A stretch of 64,000 nt of DNA from contig JBPOGI010000001.1 in NCBI GenBank assembly GCA_051251855.1, positions 256,001 through 320,000 on the forward strand, in the 5' to 3' direction. The position numbers and the translations under genes are program-made. Below, one piece after another: positions 48,401-57,021 of this stretch. Each line of letters starts with the position of its first letter. Positions within the stretch are counted from its first letter, which is position 1. Below the pieces are notes generated by a model, which was not told the DNA's origin, did no database searches, and worked only from the letters and a program-made list of their open reading frames with translations. The DNA comes from Roseibacillus sp. (GTDB taxonomy: Bacteria > Verrucomicrobiota > Verrucomicrobiia > Verrucomicrobiales > Akkermansiaceae).

Positions 48401-51400
48401 CGACGATTACCTTTGATGCTGCGCTCTCTGGTGGGAGCATTCTCATGGAGGCTGGCCAAATGGAAATCAAAGGCGAATACACTCTTGATGCTTCGGGATT
48501 GCCCAAAGGCTTGGTCTTGGATGGCCAAGACAGAGCGTCGCTTTTCAAGGTGTTTGGCGCAGGCTCGCTGACGCTGGATTCTTTGACGATGACTGGTGGG
48601 GTGGATTCTGCATTGGAGAACGAGGGCTCGCTGACGATTCAAGGCTGCACTCTCCACGACAATGCCGGGGAGTCGGGGGGCGCGGTAAGGAATACGGGCA
48701 CTCTTGAGATCACGAATTCTACTTTGGCGAATAATTCAGCGGGAGCAGGTGGTGCGATTCACACGAGCGGGTCTGCGGCTTCTCACTCGCTGACGATGGA
48801 GAGTGTCACGGTGACGGGAAACACGGCGACTGATGCTTCTGGTTTTGGCGGAGGTGGACTTGTTCGAACGGGTGGTGATTTTGATATTGGGAACACGATT
48901 GTTGCGGGAAACACGAGCGCGACTGGCTCTGCCCACGATATCCAGAACCTGAATGGCGGGGTCATCAACGAGACATGGCCGAACATCTTGGATATTCGCG
49001 ATCCTATGCTGGGAGAACTGGCGGATCATGGTGGTCCGACGCCTACGGTGATTCCTCAGCTGACGATGTTACCTGCGAGGCAACCTGTTTTCTCTCCCGC
49101 AGTGAATTGGGGGTTGGGTGGTCCGGTGACGGACCAACGTGGGATAGCTCGCTTTGGCCGCCGTGATATTGGTGCGACTGAATTGCGCTATCGAGAGGTC
49201 ACTACGCCTAGTGACGAAAACGGTGAAGGCCCCACTCAGCTCTCGCTCCGTGAGGCTTTGACTCATTCTGATGGCTCGGATGTGATCTACTTTGATAGCA
49301 ACTTCACCCCTCTGCCGGTGTCGTTGGTGCATGGTCCGCTTGAGATTGCTCAACCCATCGAGATCTATACCCAAGAACCAGTCTATATTAACGGAAACGG
49401 CGGTCGTATCTTTGAGGTGACTCCTGAGGGACGCTTGAATCTAACGGGGCTCAACCTCATCGGCAGCGGTCCTAGTTTGCATGGAATTGGCATTAACTTT
49501 GGAGTGGAAGGGAACGCGGATGAACTCGCTCTTAGCGAGATGGCGGGAGTGCTTCCCACTTCGAACTGGAATCATGTCAATGTGGGACTGGCTGGCACAA
49601 GGGCGATCACAATTCCACCGACTGAGCTCCGCGATGAACGAGGGATGCTCAATGGTGCCACTATCGAGCTTTCTGCTACCTTGAGCTATGTGGACAGTTC
49701 GGGTGCTGGCACGAGCACGTCGAATCGCAAGCTGATGGATGGTTACCTCTCTTGGGATCCCATTGATGGGACGGCCCCTGAAGACACAGGTTTTATCAAT
49801 ATCGCAGGTCTTCCTACCCAGGTGGTAGCGCCCACTTACGACGTTATTGTTTACTTCGATTCCAACGTGAATGACCGGACTTTTGAGATCACTTTGGAAG
49901 ATGAGCTTGGAAGCGTGACTCTCTCTGGGAGCGATAGCACGACCTTTGACGGGACGTTCAAGAATGCTGCCGCTAATTCACTTGATGCCAACTTTGTCGT
50001 CTTTGAGGGGCAAACTCGGAGCGACTTCACTATTACGCTGAACTCCGACATTGGGCGTGCCGCGATTAACGGGATTCAGATTCTTCCGCAGGATAGAGTT
50101 TCGGTAGCGACTACTCTACAGGGAGGTGCTCTCTATAATGAGGGCGTGACCTCTCTCACCAGATGCAGTCTCTACGACAACGTGGCCGAAATAGGGGCTG
50201 GGATTTATAATCTGGGTCACCTCTCGCTCGACCAAGTGACTATCAGTGAGAACTACACAACGGGTTTGGATAGCGCGGCTGCCATTGCCAACTTTGGGAT
50301 GTTAAAAATGATTCACACGACGGTCTCGGGTAATACGAGTCTTGGAAGTCATGGCGGCGTTTTCAACTATTCAGATTCCTCGCAAGCGGAGGTGAGAAAC
50401 TCGATTGTAGCGGGCAACTCTGGGACCAACTATGGCGAGGTGTCTTTGGCGACTTCTACGATTTTGGAGAGTGTTGTCGATCAGGCTACCGTTGGCGAAA
50501 TTGATGCGATGTTACTTCCGCTTGGCAGCTATACCGGCGGCACCCTTACGATGCCACCTGTGCCGGGTTCGCCTGCTCTGAATTTGAGTGAAATTGTCTT
50601 CGAGGGAAGAGATCAGCGAGGCTTGCCTCGGACTTCTGGAGTCGGTTCGGACGCTGGTGCTGTTGAGTTTCAGACTTTTGTAGTCAACACCGCTGAGGAT
50701 ATTCGATCAGCGGATGTTTCCGTCTATGACTTTGATAATCTGAGTTTGCGTGATGCTATCTTTGGGGTTCGTGATGTTTCTCCCGCTGAAGGCGTGGTGA
50801 CTTTCGACCCAAATGTGTTCAACGGGGAGCCAGAAGATGTCATCACTTGGTCCGGCACAAATCAGATCACGATTTTCTTCGTAGGCGATATTCGGATCGA
50901 TGCTTCCGCGATTGCAGAAGGGGTGACATTGAGTGGGTTGAGGTTCAATGCTGATTTCGGGAAGAAGGTCGAACTCGAAAATCTGACGATCTCGGACACC
51001 ACGACCGGACTACGGATTCAGAATTCTGGAGTGGCACCAGCTGACGTTACCTTAGTCAACTGCACCTTCAAGAACTGCACCAGCACGGCCATTACCCATG
51101 GCAAAGGAGTGATCCGTTTAGAAGGGTGCACCTTATCGGATAATACGGCAGTCGATGGTAGTGGAGGAATTGAGGTTGATGGGCCGCTGGCTCAACTTTT
51201 CCTAACAAACTGCACCTTGGCTGGCAATCAATCCACGGGAGCAAGTGCGACTGGCGGCGCGATTGATTTGAAAGACGGTCTCGTGATTCTCAATCATGTC
51301 ACCGTGGTGGGGAATAGTTCCACTGGAGCTGGTGGCGGAATTTCTAAAAACGGAGGGCAGCTCTTTGCTGCTAATTCGATTATCGCTCAGAACTCAGCCG

Positions 51401-52953
51401 CAAGCGACAATGACCTTTCGGGGACCATCGATGTGGTGTCAGCACCCAACTGGATAGGTGGAGATCCAATGTTGCAAGTCCTCGGAGATTACGGTGGGCC
51501 GACTGAGACCATGCCTCCGCTCTTCGGTTCGCCGGTCATCGACCAAGGAGATATTCTTTCCACTCCTCCTGTAACCACATCCTTCGATCAGCGTTTGCTT
51601 TCAAGGCCGAGTGGATTTGGTTCTGACCTCGGGGCCACCGAGCTTGAGATGACGGTGGTGAATACCTTCATTGATGAGAACGATGGCATCGAGGTAGGCG
51701 ATGTCTCTTTGCGGGACGCAGTTGCAGCAGGCTCGAAAAACATCACTTTTGAACCTTATTTGGCGGATGAAACAATTACTCTAATCAACGGACCTATCCT
51801 TGTTTCAGGATCAGTCGATATCACAACAGGTTTCGTTGATGATAGCATCACGATTGATGGCGATGGAATGTCTCGGCTCTTTGAATTAAGTGCAGGCGAT
51901 TCCTTAGGTCTTACCGGCTTCACTCTCACAGGCGGACAAAGCCCTAACGCGGGAGGGGGTGCGATTCTGGCGGATGGTGCTGAGCTCAATCTGCTGAACT
52001 GCACGCTGCACGGAAACAGTGCGGGGGTTGGCGGAGCGATTCTAAATACGGGAAGCGTGGTGAGGCTGACCAACTGCACGCTGAGTGATAACCAAGTGAG
52101 CGGCTCAGGGGGAGCTATCTACTGCGGCAACGCTGGGGAAGTCACCGTTCTCAATCACTGCACCGTGACTCGCAATACCGCGACGAACTTTGGTGGGGGA
52201 ATCGACCCACGTGGTGACTTCACCATCATTAATAGTATCGTGGCAGGGAATACTGCGCCAGCAGGGCAAGGACCGAATATTACAGGATTTGTCCCCGTGA
52301 CCTTTCTTGGAGGTAACGTCACAACTGGCAGCCCGCTGCTGGCGCCTTTAGGTGATTACGGTGGTGCAACGCCAGTTCGGCCTTTGCTGCCGGGTTCTCC
52401 TGCCTTGGAGGCGGGTGTCTTACTTTCTAACACGCCGCAGATTGATCAGTTGGGTTACCGGCGTCCCTTTGGTGCTCTGCCTGATATTGGGGCGGTTGAG
52501 AGCTTCTTCATCAATGACGAGCTCTTCTCCGAAGACTTACTGATAGATTCAGATCTTGATGGGATTGCCGACATCCTCGAGGGGTCTGATGGCGCTTACT
52601 CACACCTTGTGGTTGGAGCCGACGACTCGGCCCGAGACAGCGATAGTGACGGGGTGACTGACCGCGAAGAAATTCTCGCGGCGACCGATCTGTTTGACGC
52701 AGGTGACCAATTAGAAGTGGTGAGCTTGGTGAATCTCGGAATTGATAGCGCCACGGGCAAGCGACGGTTGAGCGTGACATGGCGGGCAGTGCCGGGGGCG
52801 TATTACGAGATCATCTCTGATCGCAGTCTGGGCACGGAAGCTATTTTTGAAGTGCAGGAAGGCTACACCGGAACCTCGAGCTTGCTTACCGTGGAAGTGC
52901 TCCTTTCTCCCGAGAAAGACTTCATCCAGATCGGTCGTGTGGCGGCACCGTAA
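45469..52953 (+). CDS. 2494 aa secreted repeat protein: Gly-rich N-terminal region plus five CSLREA / beta-helix / choice-of-anchor-Q-like modules
   Basis: Signal peptide; SLREA or SLRDA x5; GGAI repeats; module ends DQ(R/L)..R....D.GA.E; DSDSDG repeats near the C-terminus. Confidence 0.85.
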   Translation: MKFSRFRPLLFSFFASMGLLPATDYIFITNQGYVGVQSGQFIQPVSTVEGLAPTFSVGSDGAREYSFDGDLIFESNDSIVFRTLGSSGIDRPVRIIATGNIVIPDGMVVDASAFGLAGIAGGGDGGRGSGTGGAGGDGGNALSGASGGDGGLADSPRTGKSGKVRTEKKLNNSTRGGDGEGGLFNSGGVGFNNAAESDTSQTSFSLGGSGGRQRVTSSGGTGGAPGRGTSDDGGDGGKGRDGIDGVTGGNRFRDSDGRAGRNGTRGTQRSSGTSLAGGNGGNSGSGGAGGGGGSGGGGGAGGGGGGAGDSGFLGVASGGNGGVGGPGGDGADGVAGKEGRDGGSGGGGGGAFEIVARGSLTLGGDLLARGGQGGTANTSVNINTGTASPPEPGDTGEAGQVVSGGGNGGHGGPGGSGGKGGPGADGGGGGHGAGGAGGTIKLSSNSLNVQRTANIDLAGGVGGGNTTSKAPNGGAGRLVISSLSTSVTNLAQVVNTSTVVIDRTGEKAANAFDVSGLGEVPVVANFEGGAATSGILEDYSATEFLANNTYLTVPSDADVLISRRSVDSPQLVRYPGYDWILILNLTNAPLVDVNFVVGRTSNPLDIPIIGVDEIYAMLVPAGTTQYAASYIPNGGSNLTEAFSDSYQVTDTVALAPLPPDVFVVDTLADELDSPAGVTLSLREAIRDADVGDVIKFSSSVFDDQDDAIALTSELEIAKDLTIDASALRYGVTLDGGGVTRILKVTPNGNVELESIHFMDGFFATGSDGGGAIDNLGTVVTRRCSFSQNSSNFGGAIDNDGTFTGINCTFTDNSASTSGSVIFNNGGGFLTLTYCSLSGNLMSNTSAALIASGNETISNTIIAFNTNGSGSTEANVSGVIDTLLGTNILTGDPMLELSIPGSAQTPALLPLSGSPAIDMATGSTELLDQRGVSRPTAGLDIGAVEALKDPVVNRLEDTDNLPSSLLSLREALRFAADGSTITFDAALSGGSILMEAGQMEIKGEYTLDASGLPKGLVLDGQDRASLFKVFGAGSLTLDSLTMTGGVDSALENEGSLTIQGCTLHDNAGESGGAVRNTGTLEITNSTLANNSAGAGGAIHTSGSAASHSLTMESVTVTGNTATDASGFGGGGLVRTGGDFDIGNTIVAGNTSATGSAHDIQNLNGGVINETWPNILDIRDPMLGELADHGGPTPTVIPQLTMLPARQPVFSPAVNWGLGGPVTDQRGIARFGRRDIGATELRYREVTTPSDENGEGPTQLSLREALTHSDGSDVIYFDSNFTPLPVSLVHGPLEIAQPIEIYTQEPVYINGNGGRIFEVTPEGRLNLTGLNLIGSGPSLHGIGINFGVEGNADELALSEMAGVLPTSNWNHVNVGLAGTRAITIPPTELRDERGMLNGATIELSATLSYVDSSGAGTSTSNRKLMDGYLSWDPIDGTAPEDTGFINIAGLPTQVVAPTYDVIVYFDSNVNDRTFEITLEDELGSVTLSGSDSTTFDGTFKNAAANSLDANFVVFEGQTRSDFTITLNSDIGRAAINGIQILPQDRVSVATTLQGGALYNEGVTSLTRCSLYDNVAEIGAGIYNLGHLSLDQVTISENYTTGLDSAAAIANFGMLKMIHTTVSGNTSLGSHGGVFNYSDSSQAEVRNSIVAGNSGTNYGEVSLATSTILESVVDQATVGEIDAMLLPLGSYTGGTLTMPPVPGSPALNLSEIVFEGRDQRGLPRTSGVGSDAGAVEFQTFVVNTAEDIRSADVSVYDFDNLSLRDAIFGVRDVSPAEGVVTFDPNVFNGEPEDVITWSGTNQITIFFVGDIRIDASAIAEGVTLSGLRFNADFGKKVELENLTISDTTTGLRIQNSGVAPADVTLVNCTFKNCTSTAITHGKGVIRLEGCTLSDNTAVDGSGGIEVDGPLAQLFLTNCTLAGNQSTGASATGGAIDLKDGLVILNHVTVVGNSSTGAGGGISKNGGQLFAANSIIAQNSAASDNDLSGTIDVVSAPNWIGGDPMLQVLGDYGGPTETMPPLFGSPVIDQGDILSTPPVTTSFDQRLLSRPSGFGSDLGATELEMTVVNTFIDENDGIEVGDVSLRDAVAAGSKNITFEPYLADETITLINGPILVSGSVDITTGFVDDSITIDGDGMSRLFELSAGDSLGLTGFTLTGGQSPNAGGGAILADGAELNLLNCTLHGNSAGVGGAILNTGSVVRLTNCTLSDNQVSGSGGAIYCGNAGEVTVLNHCTVTRNTATNFGGGIDPRGDFTIINSIVAGNTAPAGQGPNITGFVPVTFLGGNVTTGSPLLAPLGDYGGATPVRPLLPGSPALEAGVLLSNTPQIDQLGYRRPFGALPDIGAVESFFINDELFSEDLLIDSDLDGIADILEGSDGAYSHLVVGADDSARDSDSDGVTDREEILAATDLFDAGDQLEVVSLVNLGIDSATGKRRLSVTWRAVPGAYYEIISDRSLGTEAIFEVQEGYTGTSSLLTVEVLLSPEKDFIQIGRVAAP

Positions 52954-53001
52954 GGATGAAAGAAGCTAAGTCCCGGGCTCGAGTCGTTTCTAGAACTAAG
53001 C

Positions 53002-53352
53002 TCAGAGGGATTGGACAAACGAGATGATCCAAGAAAGGAGAGAGCCAATCGCGATGACGAGAAGGACGAAGAGGGCGGTGGAGCGTGCTTGGTAGCGGTG
53101 CTCGTTGCGGATTTCTCCTTTGGAAAGGTGGGCGTTGAAGCGTTTGGCGCGCTGGCGGTCTTCCCAATCGTCAGGAGGAGGCATCAAGGTGCGGCTTTCT
53201 TCATACTCGCGACGTATGCGATCAGGAGCAGTCGAAATCATGTCCTCCATCTTGGCGATCTGCTCGGCCACAGCTCGCTCTTGGGCGGCGAGTGCTGATA
53301 GTTCGGAAGCTACGATGGTAGGCTCCTTCTTTTTCTTTTTGAGAACAAGCAT
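53002..53352 (-). CDS. Hypothetical protein with C-terminal TM helix
   Basis: Coiled-coil-like N-terminus and hydrophobic tail; co-oriented with the upstream gene. Confidence 0.65.
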   Translation of the reverse strand: MLVLKKKKKEPTIVASELSALAAQERAVAEQIAKMEDMISTAPDRIRREYEESRTLMPPPDDWEDRQRAKRFNAHLSKGEIRNEHRYQARSTALFVLLVIAIGSLLSWIISFVQSL

Positions 53353-53367
53353 GGCGGGAAAGAGGTT

Positions 53368-53955
53368 CTATTTGCCCAGATAGATGAGCAAGGCGATCAC
53401 CGAGATGACGATGATGGGTAGGTTGAAAGCAAAGCCTTGGCGCAGAGTGGTCGAGAAGGATTCTTGGGTGGTCTTTGGCTTGGAAAGGAAGCCGCGACGA
53501 CGGCCTTCACCAATTTCTGAGGCTACTTCCTCGAAGTCGTTCTCACAGGCTTCAAGGGTATCCATCGCGTTTTGGACTTCCTCAGGCATTTTGGTCTTCT
53601 TCCACTTACGTGGGTCAATGTTCTGGAGAGTTTGGAGATGGGTGGCGAAGGTTTTGCGTGCTTCTTCGAGCTGTTTGAGTTCTTGGCGAGATTCAAAAAT
53701 TTCGCGGTCAACGGCTTGGACAGAGTGGTCGAGGCGCTCAAGGAGTTCAATCTGGCCGTCGATAAAGTCTTGGCGTTGGTTGGTGATTTCCTCGGCTTCG
53801 AGACGTTTGCGCTCGATTTCCTCGCGCTGGAGCTGCAATTTCTGCAACTGAGTCTCGGCTTGTTGAAGCTGGCGGTTGTACTCATCTCCAGTTCCTGCTG
53901 CGAGAGCCTTGGAGCCGGAAGCGACATTGAGGTGTTGTTTGCGAGGGGCGGACAT
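53368..53955 (-). CDS. Hypothetical coiled-coil protein with C-terminal TM anchor
   Basis: Glu/Gln/Leu heptads; tail GFAFNLPIIVISVIALLIYLGK. Confidence 0.7.
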   Translation of the reverse strand: MSAPRKQHLNVASGSKALAAGTGDEYNRQLQQAETQLQKLQLQREEIERKRLEAEEITNQRQDFIDGQIELLERLDHSVQAVDREIFESRQELKQLEEARKTFATHLQTLQNIDPRKWKKTKMPEEVQNAMDTLEACENDFEEVASEIGEGRRRGFLSKPKTTQESFSTTLRQGFAFNLPIIVISVIALLIYLGK

Positions 53956-54148
53956 GACAAAAATCTAGGAAAGGTTACAAAACTGACAAAGTTTTGGCTA
54001 CTAGAATATTAAGATAGTTTAAGTTTTTTAAAGTGAACTCTTTTCTACTATTTTTTGCATGAGAAAAAGGGGGGGGGAGGAGCTGATTTTCTTCTGTGAT
54101 TAGTCGAGTCTGTTCTTTTTTAGACAAACTGCTAGAGGTCGAGGCGCT

Positions 54149-54742
54149 GTGGATAATGACGAGTCAAAAAATGTGATTGCAGCAAAAGCACAGGAAGTCG
54201 AGGCGTTGTCTCTCGACTGGCAAGGATGGTTACGGGTCAATGGTCCGCGGCTACTGCTGTTTGCGCGGCAGCAGACCCGCAATGGCCAGGATGCGGAGGA
54301 CGCCATGCAAGATGCGTTGGTGAAGTTGGCGAAAAAGGTGAATGAGGGGACCTTCGTAGGGGGGCAGGAGGCTTGGAAGCCGTTTCTCTATACTCAAATT
54401 AGGCGGGAGGCGATTGATCGTGGTCGAAAGGATGATCGACGTCGAAAGCGTGAAGAGCATGTGGTGGATGATGCCAAGGGGCTCACAACGGTGGAGAGCG
54501 GGAACTGGTTTTTGGATAGTAACGCGGATGGAGAGCAGGCAGAGCTCGTAGAGCAGGCTTTGAAGGAGCTGCCGCCAAAGTTTGCGGAGGTGATTGTGAT
54601 GAAGGTTTGGGGAGACCGAACTTTCGATGATATTGGGAAGGCTCTAGACATTTCTTTGCACACTGCGGCCTCGCGGTATCGCTATGGATTAGAGGCCCTC
54701 AGAAAGAAACTTGCAGCCGCCCGTATTCGGGGGGATATTTAA
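54149..54742 (+). CDS. ECF sigma-70 factor
   Basis: DAEDAMQDA region 2, IRREAIDRGR, LKELP...EVIVMKVW..RTFDDIG region 4; start uncertain. Confidence 0.92.
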   Translation: MDNDESKNVIAAKAQEVEALSLDWQGWLRVNGPRLLLFARQQTRNGQDAEDAMQDALVKLAKKVNEGTFVGGQEAWKPFLYTQIRREAIDRGRKDDRRRKREEHVVDDAKGLTTVESGNWFLDSNADGEQAELVEQALKELPPKFAEVIVMKVWGDRTFDDIGKALDISLHTAASRYRYGLEALRKKLAAARIRGDI

Positions 54743-55293
54743 TGAGCCAAAATACAATGGATTCAGAATTGAAACAGTTGGAAGAAGAGCTTCGCGGATT
54801 TTCGCCGAGCCCGATGTCAGGGGAGGTGTTATCGCGCATGGTAGAGGCAATGGACAGGTGGGAGGAGGCCGAGGATCCGGTCGAGGCTGTGAGTGATAGC
54901 GGAAAGGTGGTCGCCTTTCCTGCTGAGAAAAAGAGCCGTTCCAGTTGGGGGCCTATGTGGGCAGCGGCAGCGGCGGTTGCTATTCTGGGCGCAGCGATGG
55001 GAGTCATTCTGCCGGACAACGGGGGTGCAAATCAGATTGCTGCCATCCAGGGGTTAGGGCCAGTTCCGGTGCTGCGACATGCTTCACTCGTGCCAGTGAA
55101 TGTGAAACGGAACGTAAGCTCGATGGATGCGGGGAAGGTTTCGAATAAGGATGGTCTCGAGTATCAAGTGATTCGAGTGATTAGGCAGGAAGAGGTGGAC
55201 TTTCGAGGAGTGGACTTCGAAGGGTCGGATAATGTGGGATTGAAGATAACGCGGCCCAAGGTCGATTATTACGTTAGCCCCGTCTCTTACTAA
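54742..55293 (+). CDS. Putative anti-sigma factor (single TM)
   Basis: Overlaps the sigma stop; LEEELR...P.P N-terminus, VVAFP, WAAAAAVA TM helix. Confidence 0.75.
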   Translation: MSQNTMDSELKQLEEELRGFSPSPMSGEVLSRMVEAMDRWEEAEDPVEAVSDSGKVVAFPAEKKSRSSWGPMWAAAAAVAILGAAMGVILPDNGGANQIAAIQGLGPVPVLRHASLVPVNVKRNVSSMDAGKVSNKDGLEYQVIRVIRQEEVDFRGVDFEGSDNVGLKITRPKVDYYVSPVSY

Positions 55294-55356
55294 AGTGCTC
55301 TTGGAAGACTGGAAACTTTAGACAAAAAGCGAATTGTTAGTCGCTTCTTTCACACA

Positions 55357-56346
55357 ATGAAAATTATGAAAAATAGCAGAAATGGGGTTTGTCGTTCCGT
55401 TTTGTTTTTGGGCTTGGTCGCTGCGCCCGTGGTGTTCGCAGTGGAGCGTCCGGGCGAGTTAGATGAGAAGCCTCATCAATTGAAGAGCAAGTCGGCTCAG
55501 ATTGTTCCTTTAGATGAAGAGGTCGCTCAGGAGTGGCCGGTGGAGAGAAGAGCGGTGGTAGAAGTTGTTCCTGGCAAAGAGGGTGCAGGTGCGGTGGTTC
55601 CTTACCTTGGGGTGGGAAGTACTGTCGTTGATGAGTTGCTTTCGGGCCACCTTGGTATTGAGCACGGGGTGGTGGTGCAACAAGTTCATCAGGGCAGTGG
55701 AGCAGCAAAGGCTGGACTACAGAAGAATGATATTTTGCTCAATTTTGATGGGCGCAAGATTGCCTCTCCGCTGGACCTGCGAGATGCCGTTCAGAATTGC
55801 CAAGTGGGTGATGAAGTCGCGGTAGACATCATTCGTAAGGGGCAGAAACGAGAAGAAGTGGTCTTGCTGGAGGAACGCCCAGAAGGATTACCTGGCTTCG
55901 TGCCTCCTGGTCGTCGTGGCATGGGTCAATTGCGGCAGGTCTGGCCTGGGGCAGATGAGTTGCCTGAGGGTGCTCGTGAGCAAATGGACCGTTTGCGAAA
56001 CATGATAGATGAGGAGTTCAACGGGATTGGTCTTGGCCTGAAGTTGAATGAGGTGTTGCGGGGAGATCTTCCCGACGGTGATGGTCAAATGGACCTCGAT
56101 ATGAACGCCGAAAGCTCTGTGACATGGTCCGATGGACATGGCACGATCACAATGAAAATGAAAGACGGTCAGACTGAGGTTCTTGTGCGCGATAACAACG
56201 GAGACATTGTTTACGACGGTCCTTGGGAGACGGCTCAAGATAAAGGTGCTGTTGATCCTGAGGTGCGTGAGCGCATTGAGAGTATGGGCGTCAAAAAGCA
56301 GGGCAATCAGCTCAAGTTCTGGATGGAAGGTCTTCCGGGACGTTAG
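55357..56346 (+). CDS. Periplasmic PDZ domain protein (no visible protease domain)
   Basis: Signal peptide; YLGV...GVVVQQV..GSGAAKAGLQKNDIL. Confidence 0.85.
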   Translation: MKIMKNSRNGVCRSVLFLGLVAAPVVFAVERPGELDEKPHQLKSKSAQIVPLDEEVAQEWPVERRAVVEVVPGKEGAGAVVPYLGVGSTVVDELLSGHLGIEHGVVVQQVHQGSGAAKAGLQKNDILLNFDGRKIASPLDLRDAVQNCQVGDEVAVDIIRKGQKREEVVLLEERPEGLPGFVPPGRRGMGQLRQVWPGADELPEGAREQMDRLRNMIDEEFNGIGLGLKLNEVLRGDLPDGDGQMDLDMNAESSVTWSDGHGTITMKMKDGQTEVLVRDNNGDIVYDGPWETAQDKGAVDPEVRERIESMGVKKQGNQLKFWMEGLPGR

Positions 56347-56374
56347 ACGAACCTCCCTATTAAATTTTAGAGTG

Positions 56375-56408
56375 AGCCTGTGGTGAGTGATTCATCGCAG
56401 GCTTTTTT
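56375..56408 (+). terminator. Rho-independent terminator
   Basis: AGCCTGTGGTGAG-TGA-TTCATCGCAGGCT stem plus T run. Confidence 0.85.
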
Positions 56409-56601
56409 GTGTCTCTATGGAATGAGCTGGCACCTTCGAAATTGCGGCGAGTCGACTTCTTGGGTGGGAGCAATTTTTCCATCGGTAGGTCAAGGCGGCC
56501 CCGTCGCGCTGTGGTTTTCTGGTAAAAGAGGCGCGGATTTTTCTAGTGGGTGAAAAAACTTGTTAGGACGACATAGCTGACCCCTTTCTCTCTCGTTCTT
56601 A

Positions 56602-56887
56602 TACCATTTGAGCAGTTAAATCGGTGTAATGGTCGGAGTCAGGTTTTCCAAGACCGAGGCGCGCCGAGGGAGGAGTGCGAGTGGTATGCCCCTTGGGTGC
56701 ACTCTGACCGAGAAACGAGCGGAGCGAGATAGCTTGCCTGCCAAGGCAACCCGAAGGGTGCGACCGGGGGGGAGCAGCAAGCAACGCCGGTATTGGGAAA
56801 CTTGGCCCGACTTTCTGAGTGCTCGCGCAGCGCCTTTCTTAAAACCCAAAGTAAAACCATTACATCAATTTAACTGTGAGAATGGTA
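56602..56887. mobile_element. MITE-like element, about 32 bp imperfect TIRs, TTA target duplication
   Basis: Left TACCATTTGAGCAGTTAAATCGGTGTAATGGT vs reverse complement of right TACCATTCTCACAGTTAAATTGATGTAATGGT; TTA at 56599-56601 and 56888-56890. Confidence 0.78.
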
Positions 56888-57021
56888 TTAGCTGCGGGGG
56901 AGCGGGTTTGAACTTATTGGAAAGGAGGGAGGGTTTTGCAATGAGTGAATTGGGCGCGGCGGGCTTGCCACGACCCTACCGTTATATTGACTGCTGAAGC
57001 CCAAATTAAGGTCGAGCGAGA

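Noticed and set aside
56600..57000. Possible RNase P RNA, tmRNA or SRP RNA
   Set aside because: Hallmark sequences not found (GAGGAAAGTCC, tRNA-like ends, SRP loop in context); TIRs and target duplication favour a MITE. The short ORFs here are also unsupported
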